Part shown: in pieces, positions 7,781 through 17,269 of the stretch
Layout of the letters: each line of letters begins with the position of its first letter
Numbering within the stretch: the first letter of the stretch is position 1
From: a virus
Taxonomy: Duplodnaviria > Caudoviricetes
Length of the DNA stretch: 59,414 nucleotides
IMG/VR virus record: IMGVR_UViG_3300025009_000114
Span: 1-59,414 of that record
Reading direction: 5' to 3' (one strand)
Notes under the pieces: generated by a model
The model's input: the letters and a program-made list of their open reading frames with translations, nothing else
Databases searched by the model: none
What the model was told of the DNA's origin: nothing
Made by a program: the position numbers and the translations under genes

Positions 7781-9692
7781 TTTTGAAAGGTGGTCTGCTG
7801 AGTATGAGAGATACGTTGCAGAAGAGGTGAGGATAAGACAAAGAGATTTTGAAGATAGATGTAGAAGAGAATATCTAGAAGGAACTCGTGCCCTTCAAGA
7901 ACCAATTCCGCAATTCAATTCAATATTCCAACAGCACGATAGAAACCAATCAGCACCTCGTTACACCTACCAACCAAACCAACCACAGGAGAATAATATA
8001 TCCATGAGTCCTCGCACTACTACGTCCAGCCCCACTGTTCATTGCCTTATTTGTAGTTCTGTTATTACTGACGAATACCTGAAGTACCAATATTACCAAG
8101 AAGAATATCCCGATATTCTGATAGGACCGTATTGTCCTACTTGCTTTCAAAATATCAGGGTCTGTTCGGGCTGTCAGAAACCTTTCACTAAAGATCATGG
8201 AATCAAGTATTACAAAAAAGGATTGTGGTACTGTGACGACTGTGCTTCTGACCTTACTACTTGCACTGTTTGTAATTCTATAGTGCATACAGTGGTTGAT
8301 ATTGATGGGGAAAAAGTGTGCCCTAGTTGTGTATCAAGCAAGTACTTTCATTGCAACTATTGTAATAAGTATCACAAGGCTGATCAGAATGTGTACAGAG
8401 ACGATGGTCGCCCTACAAGGGTTGGTGAGTCTTCTGACTCCGAACTGAACAAAGCTAAGTGGCCAACAGTATACTCAAAGTACAATGGACAACTGTGTGC
8501 TGAAGGATTCCGATCAGTTACAGCTACTATCAAACCCAAAGAGATAGTCAGATGTAAGAACTGTCAGACCCTGAAAGCAACTGATGACATGCAGACAGAA
8601 GAGTATTGCAAAGAGTGCTATTCTACTTTTAAGAAGTGCTCTATTTGCAGCAAAAAGCACCCTACAGTGCGTACCACCAAGATAGATGGTAAGACTACCA
8701 GCCTCTGTAAGAACTGTTTGTCTAGAGTCTCTACGTGCGATTATTGCGGAAAGCACACTAATAAGGTGCATACTATTAAAGGTGGTGTTAGCACCTATAG
8801 GATCTGTTCTGTATGTCATGATTCCTATCCTAACATCAACGAGTGTCCTATTTGCCTGTCACTTCAAGCAGGTATGGTAGGTGAGAATTGCATAATGTGC
8901 AGTCAGACCTACATCAACAACAAGTGTCATTGTGGTTCTGTACAGGATTTCAATGGCGATTGTAGGGCTTGTGGGGGCAGACAGGATACTGTCTACAATT
9001 ACTCAACTAAACCTAGACTCTTCTTTAATTATCTGAAAGGGGAAAGAGGAGAGTTGTTCTTTGGTATTGAAAATGAAATGACCTTTTCAAATGAAGATAC
9101 GATGAGGAAATCTTTAAAATCATTGTACAAGATGTTTGATCCTACAGTACTTCTCGCCAAGGGTGATGGGTCTATTAGTGGTCCTGGATATGAAGTAGTT
9201 ACACAACCAATGACTCTTAGCTTCTTTAATAAACTTAATGTAGCTGGTTGGTTTGGGTCTGCTGTTAGATCCTCTTCTTGCGGCATGCATGTGCATATGC
9301 AGAGAAAGTCTTTTATCTCTGAGGTGCATCTGTATAAGTTTATTAACTTTATTCACGATAACGAGAAGTTCTGTGACAAGATCGCTGGTAGAAGCTACAC
9401 CAATTACAATACCAAACTGGAGAATAAGCCTAGTAGGGCTGTTAAAAAGGGGTCTTCTTCTAGATACTGTAGAGTCAACACCAGTGGTGAGCACACCATA
9501 GAGATTCGTATGTTTGCTGGTTGTATCTCAGAGTTTGAGTTGAGATATCGAGTAGAGTTTCTTCATGCTTTGTGGATGTTCTGCAAAAGTGTTTCGATTA
9601 GTCAGTCGGTTTCCTTGGAAACCTTTAAGAAGTACGCACAGAATAACGAGAAGGTATACTATAACCTCAGTAAGTTCCTGCTTGGTGTATGA
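7749..9692 (+). CDS. Amidoligase (COOH-NH2 ligase family) with long N-terminal CxxC array
   Basis: FFGIENE, KGDGSI, GYEVVTQP, SCGMHVH, TIEIRMF; ATG 7749 follows GGAGAG. Confidence 0.85.
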   Translation: MPSDDTFRTFSFERWSAEYERYVAEEVRIRQRDFEDRCRREYLEGTRALQEPIPQFNSIFQQHDRNQSAPRYTYQPNQPQENNISMSPRTTTSSPTVHCLICSSVITDEYLKYQYYQEEYPDILIGPYCPTCFQNIRVCSGCQKPFTKDHGIKYYKKGLWYCDDCASDLTTCTVCNSIVHTVVDIDGEKVCPSCVSSKYFHCNYCNKYHKADQNVYRDDGRPTRVGESSDSELNKAKWPTVYSKYNGQLCAEGFRSVTATIKPKEIVRCKNCQTLKATDDMQTEEYCKECYSTFKKCSICSKKHPTVRTTKIDGKTTSLCKNCLSRVSTCDYCGKHTNKVHTIKGGVSTYRICSVCHDSYPNINECPICLSLQAGMVGENCIMCSQTYINNKCHCGSVQDFNGDCRACGGRQDTVYNYSTKPRLFFNYLKGERGELFFGIENEMTFSNEDTMRKSLKSLYKMFDPTVLLAKGDGSISGPGYEVVTQPMTLSFFNKLNVAGWFGSAVRSSSCGMHVHMQRKSFISEVHLYKFINFIHDNEKFCDKIAGRSYTNYNTKLENKPSRAVKKGSSSRYCRVNTSGEHTIEIRMFAGCISEFELRYRVEFLHALWMFCKSVSISQSVSLETFKKYAQNNEKVYYNLSKFLLGV

Positions 9693-9904
9693 TTGTTAAA
9701 CTGGTTAGGCACGATGGGTTAAACACCTCTGAGAGAAATCTAAAAACATACTCCAGATCTCTGATTATGTTTGAAGAGATAGATGAGAATGGTAGTGGTC
9801 TTGTCTATATAGATCCTACAGAGGTGTGTGCCAATCGTGGAACTATGATTAACGGCACTTGGGTCAATAAGAAGATGATCCTTTTAAAACGTAAGGAGAT
9901 ATAA
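9689..9904 (+). CDS. Small protein, LKRKE-tail family
   Basis: Ends MILLKRKEI; ATGA-coupled. Confidence 0.7.
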   Translation: MIVKLVRHDGLNTSERNLKTYSRSLIMFEEIDENGSGLVYIDPTEVCANRGTMINGTWVNKKMILLKRKEI

Positions 9905-9909
9905 GCACT

Positions 9910-10707
9910 ATGTGTATTGCAATATATAGACCAGCAGGGAAGAATATCTCGGAAGAGGTGCTGAAAGAGTGCTTCGATAGTAATAAAGATGGTTGTGGGT
10001 TTGCTTACATAAACACAGACATTTTTGGAATTAGAAGACTGAAGATCTATAAGAGCATGAAGTTTGAACCTTTCTACCACCAGTACAGAAGGGCAGTTAG
10101 GTTTAATCCAGAATCCCCATTCATTATTCATTTCCGAATAGCCACTCATGGCACTGTGGATAAGTTCAACTGTCATCCTTTCTTCATTAATAAAGACACT
10201 GTGTTTATTCATAATGGTATCATCTCAGGTGTTACAAAAGACGATAAGAAGTCTGACACTCAGATGTTTAATGAGGAGTTCTTACAGCACATAGATACGG
10301 AACTATTAGTGCAAGAAGGACCAGTTAAGAAGCTGATAGAGAAGTTCGTAATAGGCTCTAAGTTGGTTGTTCTGAATGTGGAGGGCGATGTTCAGATTTA
10401 TAACGAATCTTCTGGTAATTGGAACGATGGTGTGTGGTACTCTAACCACTCTTGGGAACCAAGAACAAGTGCGGTAACCACCTACCATGGAAGTGCAAGG
10501 AGACAACTGACAGAACTCTCTTATCAGAAGTGTGATGATTGCGGAACCTACCATGCTATTAATACTATGAGGTGCTATAGGAAGGGAATTAGTATTGAAC
10601 TTTTTTGTAAAGATTGCTCTAAAAAGGTACTAGAGAAGTACAAGATGAACGAGGTGAGTATCTTACAGTTCATAGATTACAACAATGAATTGGTTATGTT
10701 TCAATGA
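9910..10707 (+). CDS. Class II (Ntn) glutamine amidotransferase
   Basis: N-terminal M-C; N.DG.G, HFRIATHG, NCHPF, HNG, SDT. Confidence 0.9.
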   Translation: MCIAIYRPAGKNISEEVLKECFDSNKDGCGFAYINTDIFGIRRLKIYKSMKFEPFYHQYRRAVRFNPESPFIIHFRIATHGTVDKFNCHPFFINKDTVFIHNGIISGVTKDDKKSDTQMFNEEFLQHIDTELLVQEGPVKKLIEKFVIGSKLVVLNVEGDVQIYNESSGNWNDGVWYSNHSWEPRTSAVTTYHGSARRQLTELSYQKCDDCGTYHAINTMRCYRKGISIELFCKDCSKKVLEKYKMNEVSILQFIDYNNELVMFQ

Positions 10708-10901
10708 TCAATATGGTTCTCGTAGAAAGCTCTAAAGATGATTATGACGATCCCCTGAGAACCTTAGCTCTTGTAGAGATGGAAGAAAGATTTATATCTG
10801 GTGATGCTTATTTTTACAACAAGATCTGTTGGTCAACAGAGGGCGGGCATTGGGGTACTGAGTGGAAGGAGAGAATGAAAGTACTGAAGAGGAAGGAATA
10901 A
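10704..10901 (+). CDS. Small protein, LKRKE-tail family
   Basis: Ends MKVLKRKE. Confidence 0.7.
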   Translation: MINMVLVESSKDDYDDPLRTLALVEMEERFISGDAYFYNKICWSTEGGHWGTEWKERMKVLKRKE

Positions 10902-10903
10902 CT

Positions 10904-11107
10904 ATGCGAATGATGTTACCAACAAAATATGATGAGCAGTACAATCGTATGCTCACCTTAGTGGAGGACTTTAAAGACCCTGACAGGGTAAATTCTTACA
11001 GGTTTACAATGCCTTTTTGTGGTCATTGGTCCGATTACTTTGTAGAGGAACAAAGTATAATTCTTCGGAGAAAAGAGAGAGGCAATGAAGAATCGTGCTT
11101 GTCCTGA
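10904..11107 (+). CDS. Small protein, LKRKE-tail family
   Basis: IILRRKER near C-terminus; ATG 10904 after a purine-rich SD. Confidence 0.65.
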   Translation: MRMMLPTKYDEQYNRMLTLVEDFKDPDRVNSYRFTMPFCGHWSDYFVEEQSIILRRKERGNEESCLS

Positions 11108-12707
11108 GTGCCGCAAGATCAATCATGACAAGACAGGAGATCATCTTTTCTTAATGTCTGATGGTCTCACATGGGCTTGCCTTAAACCATACCATAAGCC
11201 CTACTATGAGCGTGATGGTATGGAAGTAGAAAATAACGGAACTATTCACTTAACTGTTGCAGAAATTAAAAAACTCCCTATAGTAGCTAATAGGGACCGT
11301 TGTATCTCTGAGTTGGTTATGAAGAGATTCAGAGTGCGAACAGGGTTCTCAGAGGAGACAGGAGCAGCTAACAAACTCTATTACCCTGAGACTCACAATG
11401 GAGAGCTGATGGGCTACAAGGTGAGAAGACTACCGAAAGCATTCTCGGTAATGTCAGACCCTAACTTTGCTGGTAAGGTTCCTGACTTCTTTGGACAGCA
11501 TTGCTCTCCTAGGGCTGGCAAGACTATTGTCATCTGTGCAGGAGAAGAGGATACTCTTGCAGCCTATCAGATGCTTTACAACTACAAGCCTGATTGGGAT
11601 TGGGCTGTTGTTGGGTTACCAAGAGGTGAGGAGAGTTCTGTTAATGTTGTGGCTGAACATCTTGGTTTCCTGTCAGGGTTCAAGGAAGTTATTGTAGCCA
11701 CTGATATGGATGTGTCTGGCAGGAAAGCCCTAGCAAAGATAGTACCAGTGATAGGGGATACTGCCAGAACTATAGACATCTCCGAGAAAGATATCTCTGA
11801 TATGTTAGTCAAGGGAAAGCACAAAGAATTTATTAATGCTTTCTTTAGCTGCAAGGAGTACAGACCCTCTAGTATCGTTCAGGTTTCTGACGTACTAGAA
11901 GCTGCTATTAGCCCCGTAACGTGGGGATTAGACTATCCTTTCCCATCATTAACTAGACTCACATATGGGCTAAAGGAGAATGGCGAGATCATTGGTCTTG
12001 GTGCCTCTCCTGGTGCAGGAAAGACCCTGTTCCTTCAGCATATACAGAAGCACCTAATCTTTAATCACAAACAACAAGTGGCTATCTTCGATATAGAAGA
12101 GGGACCAGTAATAGGCTTAAAGAAGCTAATAGGCTCAGAGATGAGACTCCCTATCCACCTACCAGACTGCCAGTATGACGTAGAGAAAGCAAGGGAGATT
12201 GGTAAAGCATTTGAAGGGTTGGCTCATTTTTATGGTGGTGACTCTGAGAATTGGGCAGAAGTAGAAGACTCTATCAGATACTTTGCCAGTAAGGGCATAA
12301 GATTCTTCTTTATTGACCCACTATCAGCCCTAGTAGAACACTTAGATGCGTCTTCAGCCAACACAGAGCTTGGTAAGATTATGAGAGCTATGAGAAAATT
12401 TAGGAAGCATCAGGGGCTAACCTTTTTCCATGCTAATCACTTGAATAACCCCAATAGCGGAAAGGATCATGGAGAGGGAGGTGCTGTTAGGGGTGGTCAG
12501 TTCTCTGGTAGTAGAGCGCAATGGAAATACTCTACCCTTCTAATGGGGCTAGAAGGGAATCAATTAGCAGAGACAGAAGAGGAGAAACACAAGAGAAGAT
12601 TAGTGGTCTTGAAGGATAGACTTGGTGGTAATACAGGTTATGTTGACTTGAAGTATAATCCAAAGACAGGGGTACTAGAAGAGGATGTCTTCAGAGAAAT
12701 CTTATAG
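11085..12707 (+). CDS. T7 gp4-like DNA primase-helicase
   Basis: N-terminal CPEC zinc ribbon; TOPRIM (GEEDTLA, DMD); Walker A GASPGAGKT; FSGS; LKDR. Confidence 0.92.
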   Translation: MKNRACPECRKINHDKTGDHLFLMSDGLTWACLKPYHKPYYERDGMEVENNGTIHLTVAEIKKLPIVANRDRCISELVMKRFRVRTGFSEETGAANKLYYPETHNGELMGYKVRRLPKAFSVMSDPNFAGKVPDFFGQHCSPRAGKTIVICAGEEDTLAAYQMLYNYKPDWDWAVVGLPRGEESSVNVVAEHLGFLSGFKEVIVATDMDVSGRKALAKIVPVIGDTARTIDISEKDISDMLVKGKHKEFINAFFSCKEYRPSSIVQVSDVLEAAISPVTWGLDYPFPSLTRLTYGLKENGEIIGLGASPGAGKTLFLQHIQKHLIFNHKQQVAIFDIEEGPVIGLKKLIGSEMRLPIHLPDCQYDVEKAREIGKAFEGLAHFYGGDSENWAEVEDSIRYFASKGIRFFFIDPLSALVEHLDASSANTELGKIMRAMRKFRKHQGLTFFHANHLNNPNSGKDHGEGGAVRGGQFSGSRAQWKYSTLLMGLEGNQLAETEEEKHKRRLVVLKDRLGGNTGYVDLKYNPKTGVLEEDVFREIL

Positions 12708-12870
12708 AATACTTATAGATGGTTTGAAGAGAAGTGAGTGTGACTTCCCAGAGTTGAACAGATCACTAGTTGTTCTGTACGGAGGTGAGCAGCCAATAGA
12801 TAATGATATACTCCTTAAGAAGAAAACAAAAATAGCGGAGCCATTTTATGAGAATGTTCCTAAGGGGTGA
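12685..12870 (+). CDS. Small hypothetical protein (weak LKRKE variant ILLKKK)
   Basis: ORF with GAGG SD. Confidence 0.5.
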   Translation: MSSEKSYRILIDGLKRSECDFPELNRSLVVLYGGEQPIDNDILLKKKTKIAEPFYENVPKG

Positions 12871-13027
12871 TAGCTTCAAAGAATCTTCTTATCCCGATTG
12901 CTGTGGTTGTATTGTGATAACAACCGAGCAATTAAGGATTATTGTAGATTCTTATCCACAATACAGAGGAAGAGGGAGTATAAATATAGAGTATCCAGGC
13001 TTTAAAGAACTAAAAAGGAAAGAATGA
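12848..13027 (+). CDS. Small protein (59 aa, not in ORF track), LKRKE-tail family
   Basis: MRMFLRGD...PGFKELKRKE*; stop overlaps the polymerase ATG (ATGA). Confidence 0.7.
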   Translation: MRMFLRGDSFKESSYPDCCGCIVITTEQLRIIVDSYPQYRGRGSINIEYPGFKELKRKE

Positions 13028-13725
13028 AACTAGTCTTCGACACAGAGGCTAATGGTCTTCTCTTTGATGCTGATACTATTTGGTGTGTAGCGTGTAAAGA
13101 CAGGCTAACAGGTGCTGTCAGTCAGTTCACACCTGACAGTATCTCAGAGGCTATTGAGTTTCTTATGTCAGCTAAGATGCTGATAGGGCATAACATCTCT
13201 CAGTATGATATCCCCCTGATAGAAAAACTATCAGGGGTAAATCTCTTCGATCATTGCACTATTAGGGATACTTACTGTATGTCTAAGATGTTCTATCCTG
13301 AGAGGCTATCACACTCCTTAGAGTCTTATGGTGAGCAATTTCAAAGAGCAAAGCCAGTGCATGAAGATTGGTCTCGTTTCACTTCGGAAATGCTACACAG
13401 ATGTACAGAGGATGTTGAGATAAACGATCTGACATATGCTTGGTTAGTCCAGGAGAACTGTCAGGATTGGGATTGGATACTGTCATTAGAACTGGAGCAG
13501 GAGTTTGCATATAATCAGGGGCTACAAGAACTAGCGGGTGTGGATATAGATCTTGATGTCTGCTATAAGATCGTGAGAGATATAGACAAAGAGGTAGATG
13601 AGATAGATGCTACTATCAGACCCTTGTTGCCTAAAAGGGTAAAGAAGAAAGGAGAGACTGTGAAGAAACCTTTTAAGATAAACGGAGAGTACACTAAGGC
13701 TGTACTGGAATGGTTCTCTATTTAA
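13024..13725 (+). CDS. Family A DNA polymerase, N-terminal part (3'-5' exonuclease)
   Basis: ExoI FDTEANG, ExoII GHNISQYD, ExoIII RCTEDV. Confidence 0.9.
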   Translation: MKLVFDTEANGLLFDADTIWCVACKDRLTGAVSQFTPDSISEAIEFLMSAKMLIGHNISQYDIPLIEKLSGVNLFDHCTIRDTYCMSKMFYPERLSHSLESYGEQFQRAKPVHEDWSRFTSEMLHRCTEDVEINDLTYAWLVQENCQDWDWILSLELEQEFAYNQGLQELAGVDIDLDVCYKIVRDIDKEVDEIDATIRPLLPKRVKKKGETVKKPFKINGEYTKAVLEWFSI

Positions 13726-13913
13726 CTAATACTTATAGCTTTAGTGATGAGGATTGGGACGAAGATGAACAGGAGTACGATTACTTAAGATCTGTAATGA
13801 AAGAAGACGGTAATACGAGTTCTTTTATTCAGGTGCTTAAATTAGGAGGAGGAAGAAACTCTTTTCACTTTTACCCAAGAGAGTTGATAAAACTAGAGAG
13901 GAAAAAGTTGTGA
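13710..13913 (+). CDS. Small protein inside the split polymerase, LKRKE-tail family
   Basis: Ends LIKLERKKL. Confidence 0.65.
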   Translation: MVLYLTNTYSFSDEDWDEDEQEYDYLRSVMKEDGNTSSFIQVLKLGGGRNSFHFYPRELIKLERKKL

Positions 13914-14104
13914 AAGATTTAGTCATCTTAGGTAAGCTATACAATGGAAATACACTTAGTATACAGCAAGGAGATTTTAGAAGGATCTTTTACCAACACA
14001 ATCCTTCTGATAATTGGATAGAACCTGTTGGTGGTGGTATCTCTTGGTCGATACCACTAAGCATGGTCATTAGGCTAAAACGAAAGGAGACTATATGTGC
14101 ATGA
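13910..14104 (+). CDS. Small protein inside the split polymerase, LKRKE-tail family
   Basis: Ends VIRLKRKETICA; GTGA-coupled. Confidence 0.65.
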   Translation: MKDLVILGKLYNGNTLSIQQGDFRRIFYQHNPSDNWIEPVGGGISWSIPLSMVIRLKRKETICA

Positions 14105-15191
14105 TGTAACTACAGTAGCTGGCCCTTTTAGCCGAATAGAATACTTAGATATAGACCTGAACTCTACCACTCAGGTTAAGGACTATCTACTGTCTGTTGG
14201 GTGGCAACCCACAGAGTGGAATAAGAGTAAGACAGACGGCAGAATAACCTCTCCGAAACTAACAGAGGATTCTTTTGATTCTATTGAGGGTGACTTAGGG
14301 AAGCTGATAGCACGAAGAGGTATCTTACGGCACAGAAGGAACTCCGTACAGAATTATGAAGATCCTGATAACAAAGGGATCATAGCACAGGTAAGATCTG
14401 ATGGGAGAATGGAAGCTGGTGGTATAACCTGTGGGACACCAACTGGTAGAACAACTCACAGGGGTATTGTGAATATCCCTAAAGCTAAACCCAAGATAGT
14501 GTATGGTAAGGAGATGAGATCTATCTTCTGTGTGAGAGAACCTTACATCATGCTAGGTGCTGACTTAAAGCAGATAGAAACTGCTGTCTCTGCACACTAT
14601 GCATCTCTATTTGATGGTGGGAAGTTCATCAAGATCCTTGAGGAATATGGCAGCATACATGATTATAATGCTACTCTGATAGATCGAGATAGAGATATTG
14701 CTAAGTCTTTTCTTTACGCAATTATGTACGGAGCCAGAGCACCTAAGTTATCTAGTATTCTGAATTGTTCTATAAAGAAAGCTGAGAAATATATAGCTAC
14801 TTTTTGGAATGGTAATCCAGGTCTGAGAGATCTTGTTGACTACTTGGTAAAGTACTTCAAGAAGTATGGATTTATAAAGGGGCTAGATGGTAGGAAGATC
14901 TTTATCAGAGCTGAATACAAGTTACTCAATAGCCTTATTCAAACAGCAGCAGGTATTCTTTTTAAGAAGTGGGGATGTATATGCAACAAAGATCTTAGGA
15001 GAGAGAATATCCAATGTTATCAGATACTTGCTATGCATGATGAATATGACTACAGGTGTCACAAAGACCATGAGGAGGATGCTAAAATGACTATAACAGA
15101 TTCAGCTTTAAGAGCTGGAGAATACTTTAAACTAAATGTACCTATACTTGTAGATGTAAAATCCGGTGCTAATTGGTCCGAGGTGCATTGA
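14097..15191 (+). CDS. Family A DNA polymerase, C-terminal polymerase part
   Basis: TPTGR; motif A ADLKQIE; motif B RDIAKSFLYAIMYG; motif C MHDE; own AAGGAG SD. Confidence 0.92.
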   Translation: MHDVTTVAGPFSRIEYLDIDLNSTTQVKDYLLSVGWQPTEWNKSKTDGRITSPKLTEDSFDSIEGDLGKLIARRGILRHRRNSVQNYEDPDNKGIIAQVRSDGRMEAGGITCGTPTGRTTHRGIVNIPKAKPKIVYGKEMRSIFCVREPYIMLGADLKQIETAVSAHYASLFDGGKFIKILEEYGSIHDYNATLIDRDRDIAKSFLYAIMYGARAPKLSSILNCSIKKAEKYIATFWNGNPGLRDLVDYLVKYFKKYGFIKGLDGRKIFIRAEYKLLNSLIQTAAGILFKKWGCICNKDLRRENIQCYQILAMHDEYDYRCHKDHEEDAKMTITDSALRAGEYFKLNVPILVDVKSGANWSEVH

Positions 15192-15192
15192 A

Positions 15193-15426
15193 GTGGATCT
15201 ATACCTATTAGACAATAAGATACCTCTAGGAAGTGAGGGTTCTTTCGAAGAAGGTCATCACGAAAGTCCTGGGTGGTCTTCACAAATGTCCCTTCAGAAT
15301 AGGGGATTAAGTTTGATTCTCCCTTTCAATAGGGGGTATGGATATATACACCCTCGTAGTGGTTGTGGTGTGGGTTGGAACTACAGAGACACTTGGGTGA
15401 AGAAACTAAAGAGGTTAGAGAGATGA
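15193..15426 (+). CDS. Small protein, LKRKE-tail family
   Basis: GTG 15193 after GAGGTG; ends WVKKLKRLER. Confidence 0.6.
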   Translation: MDLYLLDNKIPLGSEGSFEEGHHESPGWSSQMSLQNRGLSLILPFNRGYGYIHPRSGCGVGWNYRDTWVKKLKRLER

Positions 15427-15644
15427 TAGATCTTTTCTTAGTGAAGGAGCTTAGCCAAGGCACACCAGACCCACGTGGTATTGGTGTAGATACTGCGATG
15501 GAAAGAGATAGTAGGTCTGTGATGATATTTAAGCATGATTATGGATATTATGTAAGGTTAAATTATACAGATCGTCATGACGATTGGTGTTATGATTATA
15601 ATTGGGTTATCAAATTGAAAAGGAAAGAATGCAGTCAGATCTGA
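15423..15644 (+). CDS. Small protein, LKRKE-tail family
   Basis: ATGA-coupled; ends WVIKLKRKECSQI. Confidence 0.65.
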   Translation: MIDLFLVKELSQGTPDPRGIGVDTAMERDSRSVMIFKHDYGYYVRLNYTDRHDDWCYDYNWVIKLKRKECSQI

Positions 15645-16195
15645 AAGACCTAGTAGAAAACCATTACCAAGTAGTTGAGATAATAACAGACAAACTTCTA
15701 AAGAATCCAGGATACAAAGAGTACAGAAGGTTCAGAGAGGATCTGATAGGTGTTGGTAGTATAGCTCTTGTAAGATGTGCTGAAAGGTTTGACCCTAATA
15801 GGGGTGTTAAGTTTGTAACCTATTGCTCTCGGATAATCAAAGGAGCTATCAGGAACTACATAGAAAACAAACTGTACAATCAGCGTCATATAGAGTGTGA
15901 TATAGACTCTATAGACCTTGATAGGTACACAACAGAAGAACAAGATGATCAGGATGAGGAGGAAGAATATGTTGAGGGTCTTGTAGATATGTTCGCACCA
16001 AAGACACAGATACAAAAAGAAGCATACTATAGATTGATACTTGGTTGCGAGTCTATTGGTGAGGTTGCAAAAGATCTAGGTGTATCTATTGGCACTATGA
16101 GGCAGATTAAAGGCAGGTTAGTTAAGAAATTACGTAGTTTGAAAGATACAGTTAAACGAGAAGATCTTATTATAAAGGAGAAACATAATGCCTAA
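15629..16195 (+). CDS. Phage sigma70-family RNA polymerase sigma factor
   Basis: Region 2 EDLIGVGSIALVRCAERFDPNRGVKFVTY; region 4 HTH SIGEVAKDLGVSIGTM. Confidence 0.85.
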   Translation: MQSDLKDLVENHYQVVEIITDKLLKNPGYKEYRRFREDLIGVGSIALVRCAERFDPNRGVKFVTYCSRIIKGAIRNYIENKLYNQRHIECDIDSIDLDRYTTEEQDDQDEEEEYVEGLVDMFAPKTQIQKEAYYRLILGCESIGEVAKDLGVSIGTMRQIKGRLVKKLRSLKDTVKREDLIIKEKHNA

Positions 16196-16679
16196 ATGTA
16201 AAGGCAAAGCAATGTGGGCATTTCTTACCAAGACTGATGATAAGTATCAGTCTTGCTGGAGAATCACTGTCTGTATGGATAGTACAGAGGCTGCAAAGCT
16301 GATTGAGTTGGGCTTGAAGAAACAAGTTAAACGAATTGACCCTCTTACTAATCCTGAGGAAGCAGAACTCGGAGAGTACAAGATGAAGTTTGTACGCTAT
16401 TTGGATAAGAGGGGAGCTGCTGTTGGTAAAAACCCTGCACCCGCTCTTATAGATGCTGATAATGAACCATTCACTGATATTGTTGGTAATGGTTCTGATG
16501 TGGTTGTTAAGTTCAGGCCTTACACTTGGGCGAATAAGAAGTTTGGTACTGGTGTTGGTGCCGATCTTGAAGGTGTAAAGGTTATTAACTTAAAACCCTA
16601 TGAGCCTAAAGTAGCAGATGATCAAGAAGAGGAAGAAGTAGCAACGGTAGGTGCTAATACTGACGACGATAAGTGGTAA
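16188..16679 (+). CDS. ssb: T7 gp2.5-like single-stranded DNA-binding protein
   Basis: GKAMWA, VGNGS, L.GV.VI.L; acidic tail ending in W. Confidence 0.8.
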   Translation: MPKCKGKAMWAFLTKTDDKYQSCWRITVCMDSTEAAKLIELGLKKQVKRIDPLTNPEEAELGEYKMKFVRYLDKRGAAVGKNPAPALIDADNEPFTDIVGNGSDVVVKFRPYTWANKKFGTGVGADLEGVKVINLKPYEPKVADDQEEEEVATVGANTDDDKW

Positions 16680-16694
16680 TCTAAAGGAGAGTAA

Positions 16695-16934
16695 ATGAGC
16701 GAAGAGAAATTTAAAGAAATGGCCACTGCTGCTAAAGTAGCGATTGAAGATTTCAACGATTTTTCCGATGACCGAGCTATCTCGTGGGCATACGACGAGA
16801 TATGTAGACTACAAGCAGTGATAAGAGAAATCGCTACCACAAAGATAGCGTATTGCGATGGCTATCTTGTCGCCTACCAATTCAAGAAAATGGCCCAAGA
16901 ACTACTAGAGGAGCATAAAAATGAAAACGAATGA
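16695..16934 (+). CDS. Hypothetical protein
   Basis: AAGGAG SD. Confidence 0.65.
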   Translation: MSEEKFKEMATAAKVAIEDFNDFSDDRAISWAYDEICRLQAVIREIATTKIAYCDGYLVAYQFKKMAQELLEEHKNENE

Positions 16935-17196
16935 GCAATTACAAGAAGAGTTTCAAAAACTAGCACAGTGGATGCTTAAAAACTACCACCCCCACACCCA
17001 CGTTTATGTTGACAATGGACACGCTGAAATTTCTGAGGGACTGTGTGTCATAAATTCAACCAGAACGAGGTGCAAGGAATGTGTTTCGTGGGGAAACACC
17101 TGCGGGCCAGATAACTACCCTGCGTACATCAACGAACCTGATCATTGTGAATATTTTGAATTACCTTTAACCCATCTGAAGGGTGAGAGAAGATAA
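16921..17196 (+). CDS. Hypothetical protein
   Basis: GAGGAG SD; C-terminal CxxC. Confidence 0.6.
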   Translation: MKTNEQLQEEFQKLAQWMLKNYHPHTHVYVDNGHAEISEGLCVINSTRTRCKECVSWGNTCGPDNYPAYINEPDHCEYFELPLTHLKGERR

Positions 17197-17269
17197 TAGT
17201 AGATTATAACAGACCCTGATAGAAACTATCAGGGTCAAAGTATCAACTCCTACAAAGAGGTATAATTAA

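Noticed and set aside
13726-14096. Self-splicing intron within the DNA polymerase
   Set aside because: No R/S core motifs; the gap is filled by two coupled ORFs and part 2 has its own SD.
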